NCBI RefSeq assembly: GCF_009914755.1
Contig: NC_060934.1
DNA: 64,000 nucleotides
Reading direction: 5' to 3' (one strand)
From: the human T2T-CHM13v2.0 reference genome, Homo sapiens
A model generated the notes under the pieces. The model was not told where the DNA came from and ran no database searches. It worked only from the letters and a program-made list of their open reading frames with translations. Both the position numbers and the translations under genes were made by a program. Positions 30,648 through 44,075 of the stretch are shown here, piece after piece (the stretch's first letter is position 1; every line of letters begins with the position of its first letter).

Positions 30648-31424
30648 GCAGGACTTCAAGGATGCCCTGCCCCTCCAAATGGAACCAAGACCCTGAGGGG
30701 AGGACCAAGGTGGTAGGAAGACCCAGGTGTTCATGAGGTAGAGGGAGAAAAGAGACTGGAGAGGAAACAAGGGAATCCAGGGAGGGACCTTTGAGACTCT
30801 CTTCAGTCATCATTGTCAGAGGGCTGGTCTTCTTGAGGGTTTAGGAAGGGGGTAGGTGGAGAAGCATTTGTAGGCTTTGCGGCTGGTGCACTGTGGTCAC
30901 GGTAGGATGGGATATAGTCCTGCTTTTTGACTTCGGATAATACTTCACCAAGGTTGGATAATACTTCACCAAGGTCTGATCATGTCATTTCTTCCTGAGC
31001 CTTTGGTTTCCCAAAATAAATAATTTCACTCCAGCTGTGGGTTAATATCACTCTGGCTCCAGGGCTTTGGCCAAGCTGACATGGGTGGGGCTTGTGGAGC
31101 TCTTTGTCCTTCCACGTCTGGATTTTGGGTCTGCAAATTGGCTGCTGACCTGGGCTGATAGTTCCTGAAATGTAGTCCCTCTCTGCTCTAGCCCTGCTGA
31201 TGGCCTCCTTCCCATATAGGGGGTGAGGGGACTGCTGTGGACCTATAGCCTCTCCTGGCTCCATCTAGGGAGAGCAAAACCATCTTTTTTGGGACATTTC
31301 TGGTAGGAAGACACTTTTTTCTTTGGTGGTGAGCTTTGCAGTTAGATTGCTCTGGGCTCTTATTCGGGCTCTGCTAGCTATTCGCTTCATGGTTTGAAAC
31401 CTCTGGCATAGGGAAGTTGCTGGT

Positions 31425-31580
31425 TGTGCAACTTGGAGCATGTGATTTTACCTCCCTAAGCCCCGATTTTCCCATTGAAAAGTGGATAAAATAATAGCTC
31501 CAACATATTATTGTTGTTGGAAGAATTAATGGGATAGACTAAACTGCTAGGCATGAGAAATGCCTAATGAATGGGAGACA
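31425..31580 (+). mobile_element. MIR (degenerate)
   Basis: ttacctccctaagccccgattttccc...ataatagct...gaattaatggga. Confidence 0.55.
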
Positions 31581-32200
31581 CTATAACATTCAGAACAGTG
31601 AAGTTTTAATATGACCATGCACTTATCAGTGAACATTAGCTGATTTAGCCATTACATATTAATAAGTCCTGATTGTACTGGGCCACCTTGTCCTGGTTCT
31701 AGAGTAAAAGCAGCATTCCAGGTATCTGTGTAATGAGGAAGGTAGGTATACACTATGCTATGGGGTGAGGTAGGGCTTTCTTTGTAGGGGAGTCTATCAG
31801 TGACATCAGCACAGATCTAGGCCTCTGGAGAGGTCTCAGAATTGTAGGGACTGTGGCTGTTTCGACGTGGAATATGGTGCTTGGGACTGATATAGAGAAA
31901 ACCATCTCCTGAGGGCTTCTGTATGTGCAGGGCACAAGGGGCTCTTATGATAAAATGCTATGGAAACTTCTTTTCTTTCGTGGACCATATTTAGGAGAAC
32001 TGAACACTAGGGGCTCAACTCCATCTTATTTACTTGGGACCTGAGGAGAGACTTGAACTTGGCTCACCACTTAGGTTTGGTCATGTTAAATCCTGTCTGA
32101 GAGCCTGGAAAAAGCTTTCCAAAGGGGGCCAGACTGGAAGGAGGACCATGGAGTCTCTGGAGAGAAAGTCACCTGCAGTAAAGAAGCTTGGCAAAGACAG

Positions 32201-32835
32201 TGGAGAGCATCAGAAGGCAGCCAAATGCCTAGGCAGATAGGGGTGGGTCCCCAGTGAAACCTCACTTCCAAGCCAAAGACAGTTTAAAAAGCCTGAAAGC
32301 CAAACTACAAGTTAAATCCTTAGACCGGATTAAGAACTTGCCTTCCTGTCTGGCACACTTTCCTCTGATTGTTCCCTACCCTTCATCTATTTCACATATA
32401 CCTACCCTTTCCTAATTGGTTTTCTATACTATCGTGCCCACCTTTGAGTGGTGTTTTTGCTTTAACCTTTTTTGCACACTCCCAAACCCATCAGCAAGCA
32501 TTCCTCATTCTAAGTCCATAAGAGGCCCTGGGCCCAGCCATACGAGGGGAACTTTCCTGCCTTTGGGTAGGGGGACCACCCCTGTGTCCCCTCTCTGCTA
32601 AAAGCTGTTTCATTGCTCAATAAAATTCTTCTCCCCCCTCCTCACCTTTCAATGTACAGTGCATCCTCATTCTTCTTGGGCACAGTACAAGAGCTTGGGA
32701 ACCACTGAACGTGGGTACAAGCTACAACACAGGCAAGCTGGGGCACCTTAGCGTGACCAAGCAAAGCCCGGGTGGGGCATCATTGGCTGGGGGTCCCTGG
32801 CATGCAAAGTGACTGAGAAGAAAATTCTTGCATCA
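32201..32835 (+). mobile_element. ERV1 solo LTR (LTR27/LTR28/LTR1-like group)
   Basis: gcagccaaatgcctaggcagatagggg...ccataa...AATAAAattctt...aaaattcttgcatca terminus; possible TSD cagt. Confidence 0.75.
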
Positions 32836-33198
32836 CAGTCAGATTAAACAGCAGGGCTGAGAGGATTCCCAGGTTTCCAGGTGTGCATGGCCTCCATTTC
32901 CATGCCTGTTCCCTCGCTGTTCCTCCCTCCCGCAAACGGTGCTCTGGAAAAGGGCTGGGGTAGCAAAGTAAGAACTGTCACTTGGAGCCCAATGTCTCTG
33001 TTGTGGAGAGCCCAGGAAACAGGAGAAGGTCCCTGGAGATGGGTGGTCAGGAGAGGGTGGTGGCAGTTCAGGCAATACCCAGTGGAAGATAGAAAAATAG
33101 TGGCCCGGCAATCACAGGGCAATGAGCTGGTGTGGCCCTGAGTGAAGGGCTGTCAAGCTCCATTTTACATGGTCAGGCTCATGTAACACAAGTTCTTA

Positions 33199-33546
<348 letters not shown>

Positions 33547-33764
33547 TAGTACCCATCTCCTGGATTGCTGACAGCCAAGAACAGTGCCCAGCACAAAGTA
33601 GGTGCTCAGTAAATGTTAGCCATTATTGTGTGAGAGCTGTCCAGGAGACAGACCTCCTGAAGAGAAGAGTTGGAAGTGAAATGTGGGAAAAGCCTGGGCA
33701 GCCTGGGGTATGGCTATCAATGGGACCGTGGTACTCACTGGTGGGTAAAAACATGGGAGATCCA

Positions 33765-33769
<5 letters not shown>

Positions 33770-33829
<60 letters not shown>
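33770..33829. repeat. (CA)30 microsatellite
   Basis: 60-bp perfect run. Confidence 0.98.
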
Positions 33830-33831
<2 letters not shown>

Positions 33832-34419
33832 ATCTGCTCCCCGCCAGCTCTCTCACCAGCTCCCTGGTCCCTGTGGCCTCTGATTCTGGGACTGGACCCA
33901 GAGAAGACGCTAGTTTGTAATAAAATTCATGCTTGATTTGTCTGCATCAAACTGATGGCTCTGATGTGGCTTGTTGAAACAGCCTATTCTGGGGTGATTG
34001 AGGTGGAACAGTGTTTCTAAAGAGCCCTGAATATTCCCAGCGTTTTGCATTTGGTGCAGGGTTGTATGGTAGGACAAAGCCTGCTTGCTTCCTTTCACAG
34101 TGATCTTTCAGCTGGGAGATTACTCTCTCTACTTCTCCATCACAGCAGTTAACTCCCTCTACCTGCGGATATCTCCTTCCCACTGAGATCCTACTTAATT
34201 TCTAAAGCCCAGCTCATGTTGGATTAAGTCATTCCTTGCTCCTAGAATTCTTTGTTTATCTATTACCCTTGGTCATTATTCCATTCATATTCTGCAATGG
34301 TTCATGGATCTCTGCCTGCCCTGTTTTGTTGTTAAGTTCTTTGAGAAGGTGCGCACATGCATGTGGGCATCTCATTCATCATTTTATTCCCCACGGGGTT
34401 TTGTGATGTTTACTACAAC

Positions 34420-34582
34420 TACAGTGAAATCCCGTGAAGTAAGAAATACATCATCCCCATTTCACAGATGAGGAAACTGAGGCATAGAAAAGGTAAGTGC
34501 CTTGCTCAAGGCCACTCAGCTGGTGGGTAAAGAAGTCAGGATCCAAACAGTCCAGGGTCCCAGCCTCCTCACTACACTCTAC
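34420..34582 (-). mobile_element. MIR
   Basis: ccccatttcacagatgaggaaactgaggc...cttgctcaaggccactcagct. Confidence 0.85.
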
Positions 34583-36449
34583 TGATTTTCATGGTAGGAA
34601 CTTCAATATTTCATGAATTGAGTATGGTGAGTTTCACAGGCTTTGTTCTGAATATTATCTATAATACATATTCCTGCCATTTGGGGATGATAGACCACTT
34701 TCCCTTCTGAAATGACGGTGTCCAAAAGACTGCCAAAAGCAGCATCTTATCAAATTGCCTGTCATTAGCTTAAAAAAAATTTCCAGAAGATAAAAAAGAA
34801 AGCAGCATAAAGTGACAATGCGGCTTTATCCTTGGCACAGACAGGCTTCTTTGGGGCTGCTAGATACATGAGTAATGTTTCAAGTTATATGCCTTTCAGT
34901 TTGAAAGACTTTGAATAAGGCTTAAGATCAGCATTTGGGAGGCCTTTCTTCTACTTTTCCCCAGCTAACATTGCAGTCCCTCTGGCTGAGTAATTTATCC
35001 TGAAACATTAATATATAGGGTCTGTTCATGTCTTAGGAAATGTTCTAGTAACTCATTTTCCCTTCTCTGTGAAAGTCATTGAATCGAATCGTGCTCTCAA
35101 TGAAACTCTCTTAAAATCCATTAATGAAAATGTTAGCACCTTAACAGAGTACCATGATATCCATCTAGATTTAAATATTTATTGGGCAAACAGGAGAAAT
35201 GATTAAGCCCCCTTAGGAAAATCAATCAAAACTTCCCCAAAGCCTTGTCTTGTAACTAGTGTCACATACCAGCCACACTCACCCTCTCATCTGCTTTTTT
35301 GGCACTAAATTCAGTCAGCTGAGACCAAGCTACCGTGTAAGGAACAGATTAAACTAACATCCATCCAGGTGAAAGATAATTATTACTTGTGTCAGACAAC
35401 ACCTGTTTTTGCAGCATTCCTCAACTTAGTTAAACTGGAGACAGGCTAAACTTTCCACTGAATTTTCCATTTGACAGTTGCTCCAGGCAGTGTGTCTGCA
35501 GAACACCCTTGCTATGTTTACATTTTTGAGGCAGATTAAAAATGTCATCTGTGAAATATAACCTGAAAATCTCTAACTGTAATATATTCACCTATATAAA
35601 TATAGGGGCTGAATGGGAGTCAAACGGAAGGCAAGGCAAAGCCTTAGCTTCTTCTGGAGCAGAAATCTTTCATCGGACATCTTTTATGATGTTAAACGTG
35701 CAGATTGTCTACAGATAGAGTCTTCATACTTCAAATTGTGGTGGTGCTGATCACTCTTCGCTTTACAGTTTTAGGACTATTCATCATTTCTCAACAGCTT
35801 GTGGTATTTTCTTACAAACGGGGAGCCAGAAGTCAGGTGCCATTTGGAATATGTGAGCGTGGGTCTCCTTTTCACAGTCTTGACTCCATGCCTATGATGG
35901 CATTTTTACCTGAGAAAGGAATCTCTGACCTGGGGCAAAAATCTGAAATGGAGTGGTTTTGTTTGTTTGTTTGTTTTGTTTTGCTTTTTAAATTGAAAAG
36001 TGACACTGGTGTGTCTACTGCAGAAGTGCTAATGTCATTGCCAAGTTCGCTCCCAGGGTTGTCCTTTGTTAGAGAGTCCCTGGTGCACTTCCAGATGTTT
36101 CAGTTGGGGCACGATTTGGTACATGCCCAAGAGACAAAAGAATAAAAAAAGAGAACATGTCAGCTCCCCTCTGGGGGAAGGTTATGGGCCCTGCAGCTTT
36201 TCTGGGTGTTAATCTTACTCTTAACGTCTGTGTTGACTTCAATCACTGTTTCTTTTGACGTACTTTAAATACAGGCTCCAGCCCAGCTGAAATGGAGGGG
36301 AAAGAGGCTTGAGGCTCCCCTTTATTATAGGTGTAGCCATTAAAAAGCATTTAAGATACTTTATTCTTGGGATTACAGTAATGAGTACATTTTTAAAAAT
36401 TCTGTAGTCATCTCAACTTCTCATGCTCTGTATTCTCTCAGGTTCCAAG

Positions 36450-36730
36450 CTCTTTGATGGGACCTGAATCTCATCTCTTTTCCTCCCCACCTCCAAGCCA
36501 TCCCTTGGTTCAGCCCACCTCACCCGCACTGTTATGGTAGCTTTCTGTTCTCTCCCCTCAATCCAGTCTGTTCCAATCCCCTTTTATCTTCTGTGTACTA
36601 ACAGTCATTTGTTCCAAACACAAGTTAGGTCACTCCCCTGTTAAAAATGTCTAACCCCTGATGACAGGTGCCTGCATTGCTCATCCCTCACCATGGCCTT
36701 CAAGGTCTTTTGTAACCTGGCCTTGACCTT
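36450..36730 (+). mobile_element. L2 fragment
   Basis: gtcactcccctgttaaaa...caccatggccttcaaggtc. Confidence 0.55.
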
Positions 36731-36742
36731 TTAAATCAGCAA

Positions 36743-37262
36743 TATCAGTTAGGATGCTTTGGGCTGCAAGTAACAGAAACTGCGGTTCAGATCATAGGAA
36801 AATGTACGATCTCACAATACAGAAAGTCCACTAAAAGGGAAGACTTCAAGTTGCTTGTTTTAAGGACTCATTGACATCCATGATTCTTTCCACCTGTCCG
36901 TTCTGCTCTCCTTTGGGTGCTGATTTCTTCCTCCACTTGGGTATAAGATGGCTAGAGGGATTCCAGACACACAGCCAGACCAACAATGTCCAGATGAAGA
37001 GGAGAGAAGAAAGCCTTCCTCAGAGCCCCTGCCTTTGGTGACTCCCCTTCCTCTCACTGGCCAGAACTGGGCTCATACCCACTGGCTGGTGTCACTCTCA
37101 GGCCAATGGGTCTCCTCCCATCCCAGAGTGGGGAGTGGTGCCAGCTTCCCCTGAGGCATGTGGCTTTGTGGGGTAAGAGGTACCTGAGAAAACTTGGGAT
37201 TTGGCTAAGAAGGCAGTAGGGGGCACTGATGCTAGATAGGCAACCGACAGCATCCACTACCG
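36743..37262 (-). mobile_element. MaLR solo LTR (MLT1I/J-like)
   Basis: tcagttaggatgctttgggctgcaagtaacagaaac...ctcactggccagaactggg...ataggcaac. Confidence 0.75.
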
Positions 37263-37319
37263 TTTGCCAGCAGCTTCCCCCACCCACTGTGTTTTGCCAC
37301 ACCTGTCATGGCCTTTCTA

Positions 37320-37642
<323 letters not shown>

Positions 37643-37690
37643 AGTCTTCTCCATGTTTCTTCTGGAAGACTCTTTTTCATTCTTAATGAC

Positions 37691-38146
37691 TGTATTAGTT
37701 TCCTACTGCTGCCATAACAAATTGCCACATGCTTAGTGGCTTAAATGACATAAATGTGTTATCTTATAGTTGTGGAGGGCAGAAGTCAAAAACGGGTATC
37801 TTGGGGGCTAATATCAAAGTGTCTGTAGAGCCGCATTCCTTCTGGAGGCTCTAAGGAGAATCTGTTCCTTGCCCTTTCCAGCTTCTAGAGGCCTGCTGCA
37901 TTCCTTGGCTCATGGCCACATCATTCTGACCACTGCTTCTGTTGTGACATCTTCTCCCTCTGATCCTCCCACCTCTCAAATGAACTTTTGTGATTACATT
38001 GGGCCTTCCCCGATAATTCCCCCATTTTAACGTCCTCAACTTAATTGCATCTGCAAAGTTCCTTTTGCCATATAAGGTACCATATTCACAGGTTCTAGGG
38101 ATTAGGATACAGACATATTTGGGGGGTCATTATTTTACCTACCACA
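37691..38146 (-). mobile_element. MaLR solo LTR (MLT1C/D-like)
   Basis: tgtattagtttcct...ccagcttctagaggc...ctaccaca; perfect TSD ATGAC. Confidence 0.92.
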
Positions 38147-38719
38147 ATGACATAGCACAATGCCACCTTCTCTGTGATACCCTCCCTGGTTCCATTCTAG
38201 AAATGTCATTCTAGAAGAAATGTAAAGAAGAGATTGGGAGGGGGCAGGACATTTACCATCCTTGGGGCACTGGTCTCAGTGCCACCTGTCTTGGCTGTCC
38301 AGAGAAGCCTGGATGGCAATGATCTGCGGCCTCCACCTTTCTCTAACCTGCTCTCTGGGCATGTTCTCTCACCTCCCTTTCCCTGTTTTTTGACCTGACA
38401 TTGAACTTCCTTCAGGTCTGAGTCAAAGAGACTTCATACCCAACCCATTGTGGTTTGTGGAGGCGTTCACTAAAGGAAATGAAGAGGAAATTCTACCCAC
38501 AGGACAAAGTGTTGTCTTTTTCTGCCCCCAGGTTACAATGATTTTTCTAGGGTGAGCCCTTTTTTTCTTACCATATGCTGTCCTGGCCAGGCCTGGGTTC
38601 TTGTCTATGGACAGAAGTGGCTCAGGTCATGCTAGAATGTCCCTCTGCCTCTGTCTGTCTCTCTCTCCAAATATTTAACATGGTGCAAGGCATGGTGGTA
38701 GATACCATTGCTGCTAAGC

Positions 38720-39140
38720 ACAGTTCCCCAGGTACAGACCCTGAGATGTGGAGGATTCTTGCCAAGTGATTTGTTTATAAGTATTCCCAGGAAAAACCAG
38801 AGGGCAGTGGGGAATGAGGCAGGCAGGGGAAAAAGCTAACCAGGGGTGCACTATCAAGCACAGTCCCACATAAGGCCACTTTGTTTCCATCCTCCGGGGT
38901 AGCACTGAGGCATGCAGGTCACATCTCAGATGGTCCTGATCAGGGGGCGATTGTCATTGGTTAAGGGCTGCCCCCAAAGAGACAAATTCCCAGGGAAAAG
39001 GATTCTGACAGCCAGAAGGGAGCCCTCCATTAAAAGAGGTGCAGGTGCTGTTGTGAAGAAAAGGCCAGTAGGAGCCAGTATGCCCCAAGATGGTGCAGCA
39101 ATCCGAGCAGGTCCAGGCAGAGCGCTAATATCCTCCATGC
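38720..39140 (-). mobile_element. ERVL LTR16-like relic
   Basis: cagaccctgagatg...aagtgatttgttt...cccaggaaaaacca...gtggggaatgaggcagg. Confidence 0.55.
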
Positions 39141-39884
39141 ACTGGAGAAGGCCCTGTATTCAGGCATTTCCTCTTCTCACGTGGCCTAGTCATCCCTGCC
39201 CCAACCCCACTCCCAGCCAAGGCTCTAGAGCAAGACACCTGGCCTCTTCAGAAGGCTGATCTTCCGGCTGATCTTCCCAAGCTCAGACACTCTGTGTAGG
39301 CTTCAGGTCATGCTCTGCTGCTTCTTGGGCTGTCCAGGCTTTGAAATCCTTTTAGAACCGAAAACTGCTTGCTGACTTCTAGTCACCACCTTCCACTAAA
39401 AACTGCTTGCTTGCCTGAGGATGATGGATGCATCTGTCTCCGAGGCAGGCCAGTGTTCCTGCCCTCTATCTATTGCTGTGTGCCAGCCATTGGGCCACCT
39501 CCTGAGCACCCAGACAGGGAGGAGGCCATTTTGTCTGGCTGGTCATCTTGTCTCCCTGGAGGCTCGCCTCTCTCTCCCCACTCCTTGCAGCTTGACCCCA
39601 CTCTTGATTCTGCTTACTTGGTCTATGCTTCCCTACCATGTAACAGAAGTTGGTTCTGCATTAAAGGCAGACAGTTTCACCCAGAGCTTCTAGCTCCTTT
39701 TCCTGAGGCTCTAACAGTCACCAGGTGCTACAATGACTTCCTTGGGTGGTAACACATGATGCTACCTCCTCAAGTAACTCAAATGGAGGACTTTCCAAAA
39801 GCACATCATTGTTTTAAAAACATAATCATTATTGTATTCTACTTAAACTGATACATAAATTATACTAATGATAATAAGCATAAC

Positions 39885-40100
39885 AACAGCTCATATGTGA
39901 GTACTGTGCCATGTATTTTACATGCAATAGTTCATTTCATTCTTTACCCCCAAATAGTCCTACAGGGTTGGAACTCTCATTATCACCGCTTAGTTGGTGG
40001 GGAAATGAGGCTCAGAGAGGTCAAGTCAGAACTTGCAGAGCTAAGACTTGAACCCAGGTCTAGCTGAGTCCATAAAACCCACCCTCTGCTTTGTCACCCT
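39885..40100 (-). mobile_element. MIR
   Basis: gaggctcagagaggtcaagt...cttgaacccaggtct. Confidence 0.75.
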
Positions 40101-41197
40101 ATTATTGCCTCCCATCTCACAATGACAGAAGAGGTCTCCTACTCAGTGTTGAGGGTATTAAATAGGGATGGATAGGTCTGGCAGATGAGAGTGTTTTTCC
40201 AGAGCTTTAAATTCCAATGGTGTTTAGTCACCTCATTTATTAGATTCCTTACCCAAGAATTAAGTTAAAAAATGGGCTCTTTCTCCAAAATCCCTTTCAG
40301 ATGTGTTGGCCAGCACAGCACTTTGGGGCCTTCATCACCCCAAGGTGAGTCACCATGCAAACCAGTTGTGCTTTTCTGGGAGAGGGGCTTAGACCCTCCA
40401 CATAAGTTCCTTTTGAAAGAGTTTTTCCTGGAAGCCCCACAAAGTAACTGTTGCTTTTGTCTTGTTGGCCAGAACTGTGTCAAATGACTACTCAGCAAGG
40501 CAGGCTAAGAAGTAAAGTTTGAGTTTTGGTTTTTTTTTTTTTAAGTTTGGGCTTCTCTATTCTTTCCCTCCTCTGTTCAGCAATATACAAAAAGCACAAT
40601 ACATTGTGATCAACTAAGGTTTATACCAGGGTTACAAGGATGGTTCAATTTTAGGAAATTTATCAATATAATTCACTATATTAACAAATTAAAGGAAAAT
40701 AATCATGGGGGATCACAGGCTGAGAAAACTATTTAATAAAATTAATACTTTTTTATATAGTTAGAAACAAACAAATAAGAATAAAATACCTAGGAATGAA
40801 TTTAGCCAAATAGGTGCAAGAATTATATACTATAAGCTGTAAAACGTTACCAAAAGAAATTAGAAAAGACCTAAATAATTAAAAAGACACCCTGTGTTTA
40901 TGGATTAGAAGGCTTAATATGGTTGAAATGGCAATACCACTCAAAGACATCTACAGATTCAATGCAATCATTATCAAAATACCAATGTCTTTTTTTGCAG
41001 AAATGGGAAAGCTAGTCCTAAAATTCACAAGAAATTGCAAGGGACTCCAAATAGTCAAAATAATTTTGAAAAAGATGAACAAAGTCGGAGGGTTCACACT
41101 TCCTAATTTCAAAACTTACTATAAAGTTACAGTAATCAAAACAGTGTGGTCCTGGCATAAGGATAGAAATACAGATCAATGGAATAGAATTGAAAGG

Positions 41198-41961
41198 TGT
41201 CTTAGTCAGCTTGGGTTGTCATAATAAAATACCATAGACTAGGTGGTTTGAACAGCAAAAATTTATTTCTCATAGTTTTGAAGGCTGGAAGTCTAAGATA
41301 AAGGTGCTGGCTGATTCAGTTCCTGGGGAAGACTCTCTTCTTGGCTTGCAGATGGCTGTCTTTTTGCTATGTCTTCACGTGGCCTTTTCTTGGAACATGC
41401 CCTTTGGAGAGGAGGGCTGAGAGAACTCTCTTCCTTCTGATAAGTCTGCTAATCCCATCATGGGGGCCTTGCAATTATGACTTAATCTAAACCTAATTAC
41501 CTCCTGCTATGGTTTGAATGTGTCTTCCAAAAACCATGTATTGAAAACTTAACCCCCAATGCAACAGTGTTGGGAGGTGGAGCCTAACTGGGAGGTGTTT
41601 AGGTTATGTGGACTCCACTTTCATGAATGAATTAATGCAGATTAGAAAAGGGCTTGAAGCTGCAAGTTTGAAATCTTGCTCTCTCTCTTGCTCTCTCTTG
41701 TTCATTGCCTTCTGCCATGAGATGATACAGCAAGAAGGCCCTCACAAGATGTTGGCTCCCTGATCTTGGACTTTCCAGCCTCCAGAACCATGAGCCAATA
41801 AATTTCTGTTTATTGTAAATTACCTAGTCTCAAGTATTCCATTATAGTAGCACAATATGGACTAAGACACCTCCTAAAGGCCCATCTCCAATACCATTGC
41901 ATTGAGGGTTAGGGCTTCAACATATGAATTTTGGGGTTATACAAACATTCAGTTAATAACG
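41198..41961 (-). mobile_element. MaLR solo LTR (MLT1A0-like), split by MST LTR
   Basis: tgtcttagtc...aaataccatagactaggtgg...ggcttcaacatatgaatttt; TSD aaag(g/t). Confidence 0.9.
41505..41869 (+). mobile_element. MaLR solo LTR (MSTC/D-like)
   Basis: tgctatggtttgaatg...ggactaagaca; perfect TSD CCTCC. Confidence 0.92.
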
Positions 41962-42099
41962 AAAGTCCAGAAACAAACCCAAAATCTATGGTCAATTTAT
42001 TATTACAAGGGTATCAAGACCATCCAATGGGGAAAGAGACTACTATTTGACAAACAGTGCTGAAACAACTGGATGTCCACATACAAAAGAATACAGTTT

Positions 42100-42222
42100 G
42101 GCCAGGTGCAGTGGCTCATACCTGTAATCCAAGCACTTTGGGAAGCTGAGGCAGTAGAATTGCTTGAGGCCAGGAGTTCAAGATCAGCCTGGACCACCTA
42201 GTGAGACCCTATAAAAAATAAG
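42100..42222 (+). mobile_element. FLAM / Alu left monomer
   Basis: ggccaggtgcagtggctca...gagaccctataaaaaa; flanked by agtt(t)gg. Confidence 0.9.
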
Positions 42223-43365
42223 TAAGTTGGACCCTTATTTTATACCATACACAAAATTAAAATGGATAAGAGGCCTAAATGAAAGCCAGAAATCTCTTAC
42301 AGAAAAACATATGGGTAAATCTTTATGACCTTGATTTGGCAATGGTTTCTTAGATATGACACCAAAAGCACAAACAAGGTAAGAAAAAAATAGATAAATT
42401 AGACTTCATTAAAATTAAAAACTTTTGTTCCTCAAAGAACATTATCAACAAAGTGAAAATAATACCCACAAAATAGGAGAAAATATGTGGAAATCACATA
42501 TTTGACAAAGGACTAGTATCCATAATATACAAATAACTCTTGTAAATGAACAACAACAACAAAATAGGCAACTAAATTGGATAGACATTTCTACAAAAAA
42601 GATATACAAGTGGCCAACAAGTATATGGAATGATGCTCAACATCAGTAGTCATTAAGAAAATTCAAGCCATAACCACAAGGTATTACTTCATACCCACTA
42701 AGATAGTTATCATTAAAAAAAAAAAAAGAAAACAAGCATGGGCAAGTATGTAGAGAAGTTGGACCTCTTTAACATTGGTAGTGAGAATGTAAAATGGTGC
42801 AGAGGCTGTGAAAAACACTTTGACATTTCTTCCATAAGTTAAACATAGGATTAGCATAGACCCAACAATTCCATTCTTGGGTATACAACTGAAAGAACTG
42901 AAAACAGATGTTCAAACAAAAACTTATACACGAATCTTCATAGCAGCACTGTTCACAATAGTTGAAAGATGGACACAATTTAAATGTTCATCAACTGACA
43001 AATGGATAAACAAAATGTGGCATATCCAGATAACAGAATATTACTCAGCCATAAAAAGGAGTGAAGTACTGATACACGCTACAGTATGGGCGAACCTTGA
43101 CAATATTATGCTACGGGAAAGAAGCCAGACACCAAAACCATGTGTTGTATGATTACATTTCTAGAATATAAAATGTATAGATATAAAGCAGATTAATGGT
43201 TGCCAGAGGCTGGGATTAGGGGGAGTGGGGAAGATTGCTTCATGGATGCAGGATTTCCTTTTTGGGTGATGCAAATTTTCTGAAACTAGATAGTGGTGAT
43301 GATTGCAAAATATTATACATATACTAAATGTTACCAGTGATAAATTTTATGTTATGTGTACTTTA

Positions 43366-43421
43366 TCTCTCTTTCTCTCACACAGACACACACACACACA
43401 CACACATACACACACACACAC
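43366..43421. repeat. (CT)n-(CA)n microsatellite at L1 tail
   Basis: Direct reading. Confidence 0.9.
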
Positions 43422-43689
43422 GGCCCAAAACAAGCAAACAAACATTACATTTTTAGCATAATGGGAACAGAAGATAACTTCCTCAACCTGATAAAAGAGT
43501 ATTGACTAGAAACCTGTATTAATAAGTCTAAGTGAGAAAGCATTAGAATTCTTCTCACTATAGTTAGGAATAAGCAAGGATGTCAATATCATCTCTATTA
43601 CCAGCATTGGACTATAAATCCTAGACAAGGTAATATGACAAGAAACAGAAAAAAGCTGCTTGGAGTCTTTAAGATGCTGGAAGTTTTCA

Positions 43690-44075
43690 GTGTCCTCTGC
43701 ACAAAGGTGTTAGTTGAAGCCTTAAGCATAGGTGACTGGAAGAAGCATAGATAAGTCAAGCCTTAACTTTGAAAACTCTTATGTATATGTGGTGTACGAA
43801 GTGGAGAATGGAGAATAAGAAAAAGGAAGGCTTAAGAAGAACCACATGATTTATTATTATAGAAGTATTGGAAGAGTTTTAGCAAGGAGGGAGTGGTCAG
43901 GATGTAAATTCTATGGAGAGGCTGAAGAGAACAAAAGCTGAAAACCCTGTTTTCTTTGTCCACTAAGGTTATTGGTGAGCTTTAAGAAAATGGTCTCAGT
44001 GGAGGGAGTAGAAACTGGTTTGAAGGGGAGATGTGGGAAGGAGAGGCAGTGGTGCAGACCATTCCTTTGAAAAGC
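43690..44075 (-). mobile_element. L2 fragment
   Basis: ggagggagtggtca...gagaggctgaaga...tctcagtggagggagtagaa. Confidence 0.55.

Larger units (their letters stand above)
40775..43370 (+). mobile_element. L1MB-like 3' fragment (ORF2 C-terminal part + 3' UTR)
   Basis: ORF 40919 (IYRFNAIIIKIPMSFF...LPNFKTYYK..VIKTVWSWHKDR..DQWNRIE) and ORF 42877 (RIFIAALFTI..W....C.STDKWINKMW) are L1 ORF2p motifs; L1MB-type 3' UTR at 43200-43370. Confidence 0.92.
40580..43655 (+). mobile_element. Old L1 ORF2 (RT-region) relic split into 40580-40760 and 43450-43655
   Basis: caaggatggttcaa...attcactatattaac continues as aacttcctcaacctgataaa...aataagcaaggatg after the younger insertions. Confidence 0.65.

Noticed and set aside
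35705-36145. 146-aa hydrophobic ORF in unique DNA
   Set aside because: Non-ATG start, no recognisable domain, includes a (TTTG)n tract, no convincing exon boundaries.
40919-43152. ORFs with real protein motifs (40919..41224, 42877..43152)
   Set aside because: Fragments of decayed, interrupted L1 ORF2; not a functional gene.
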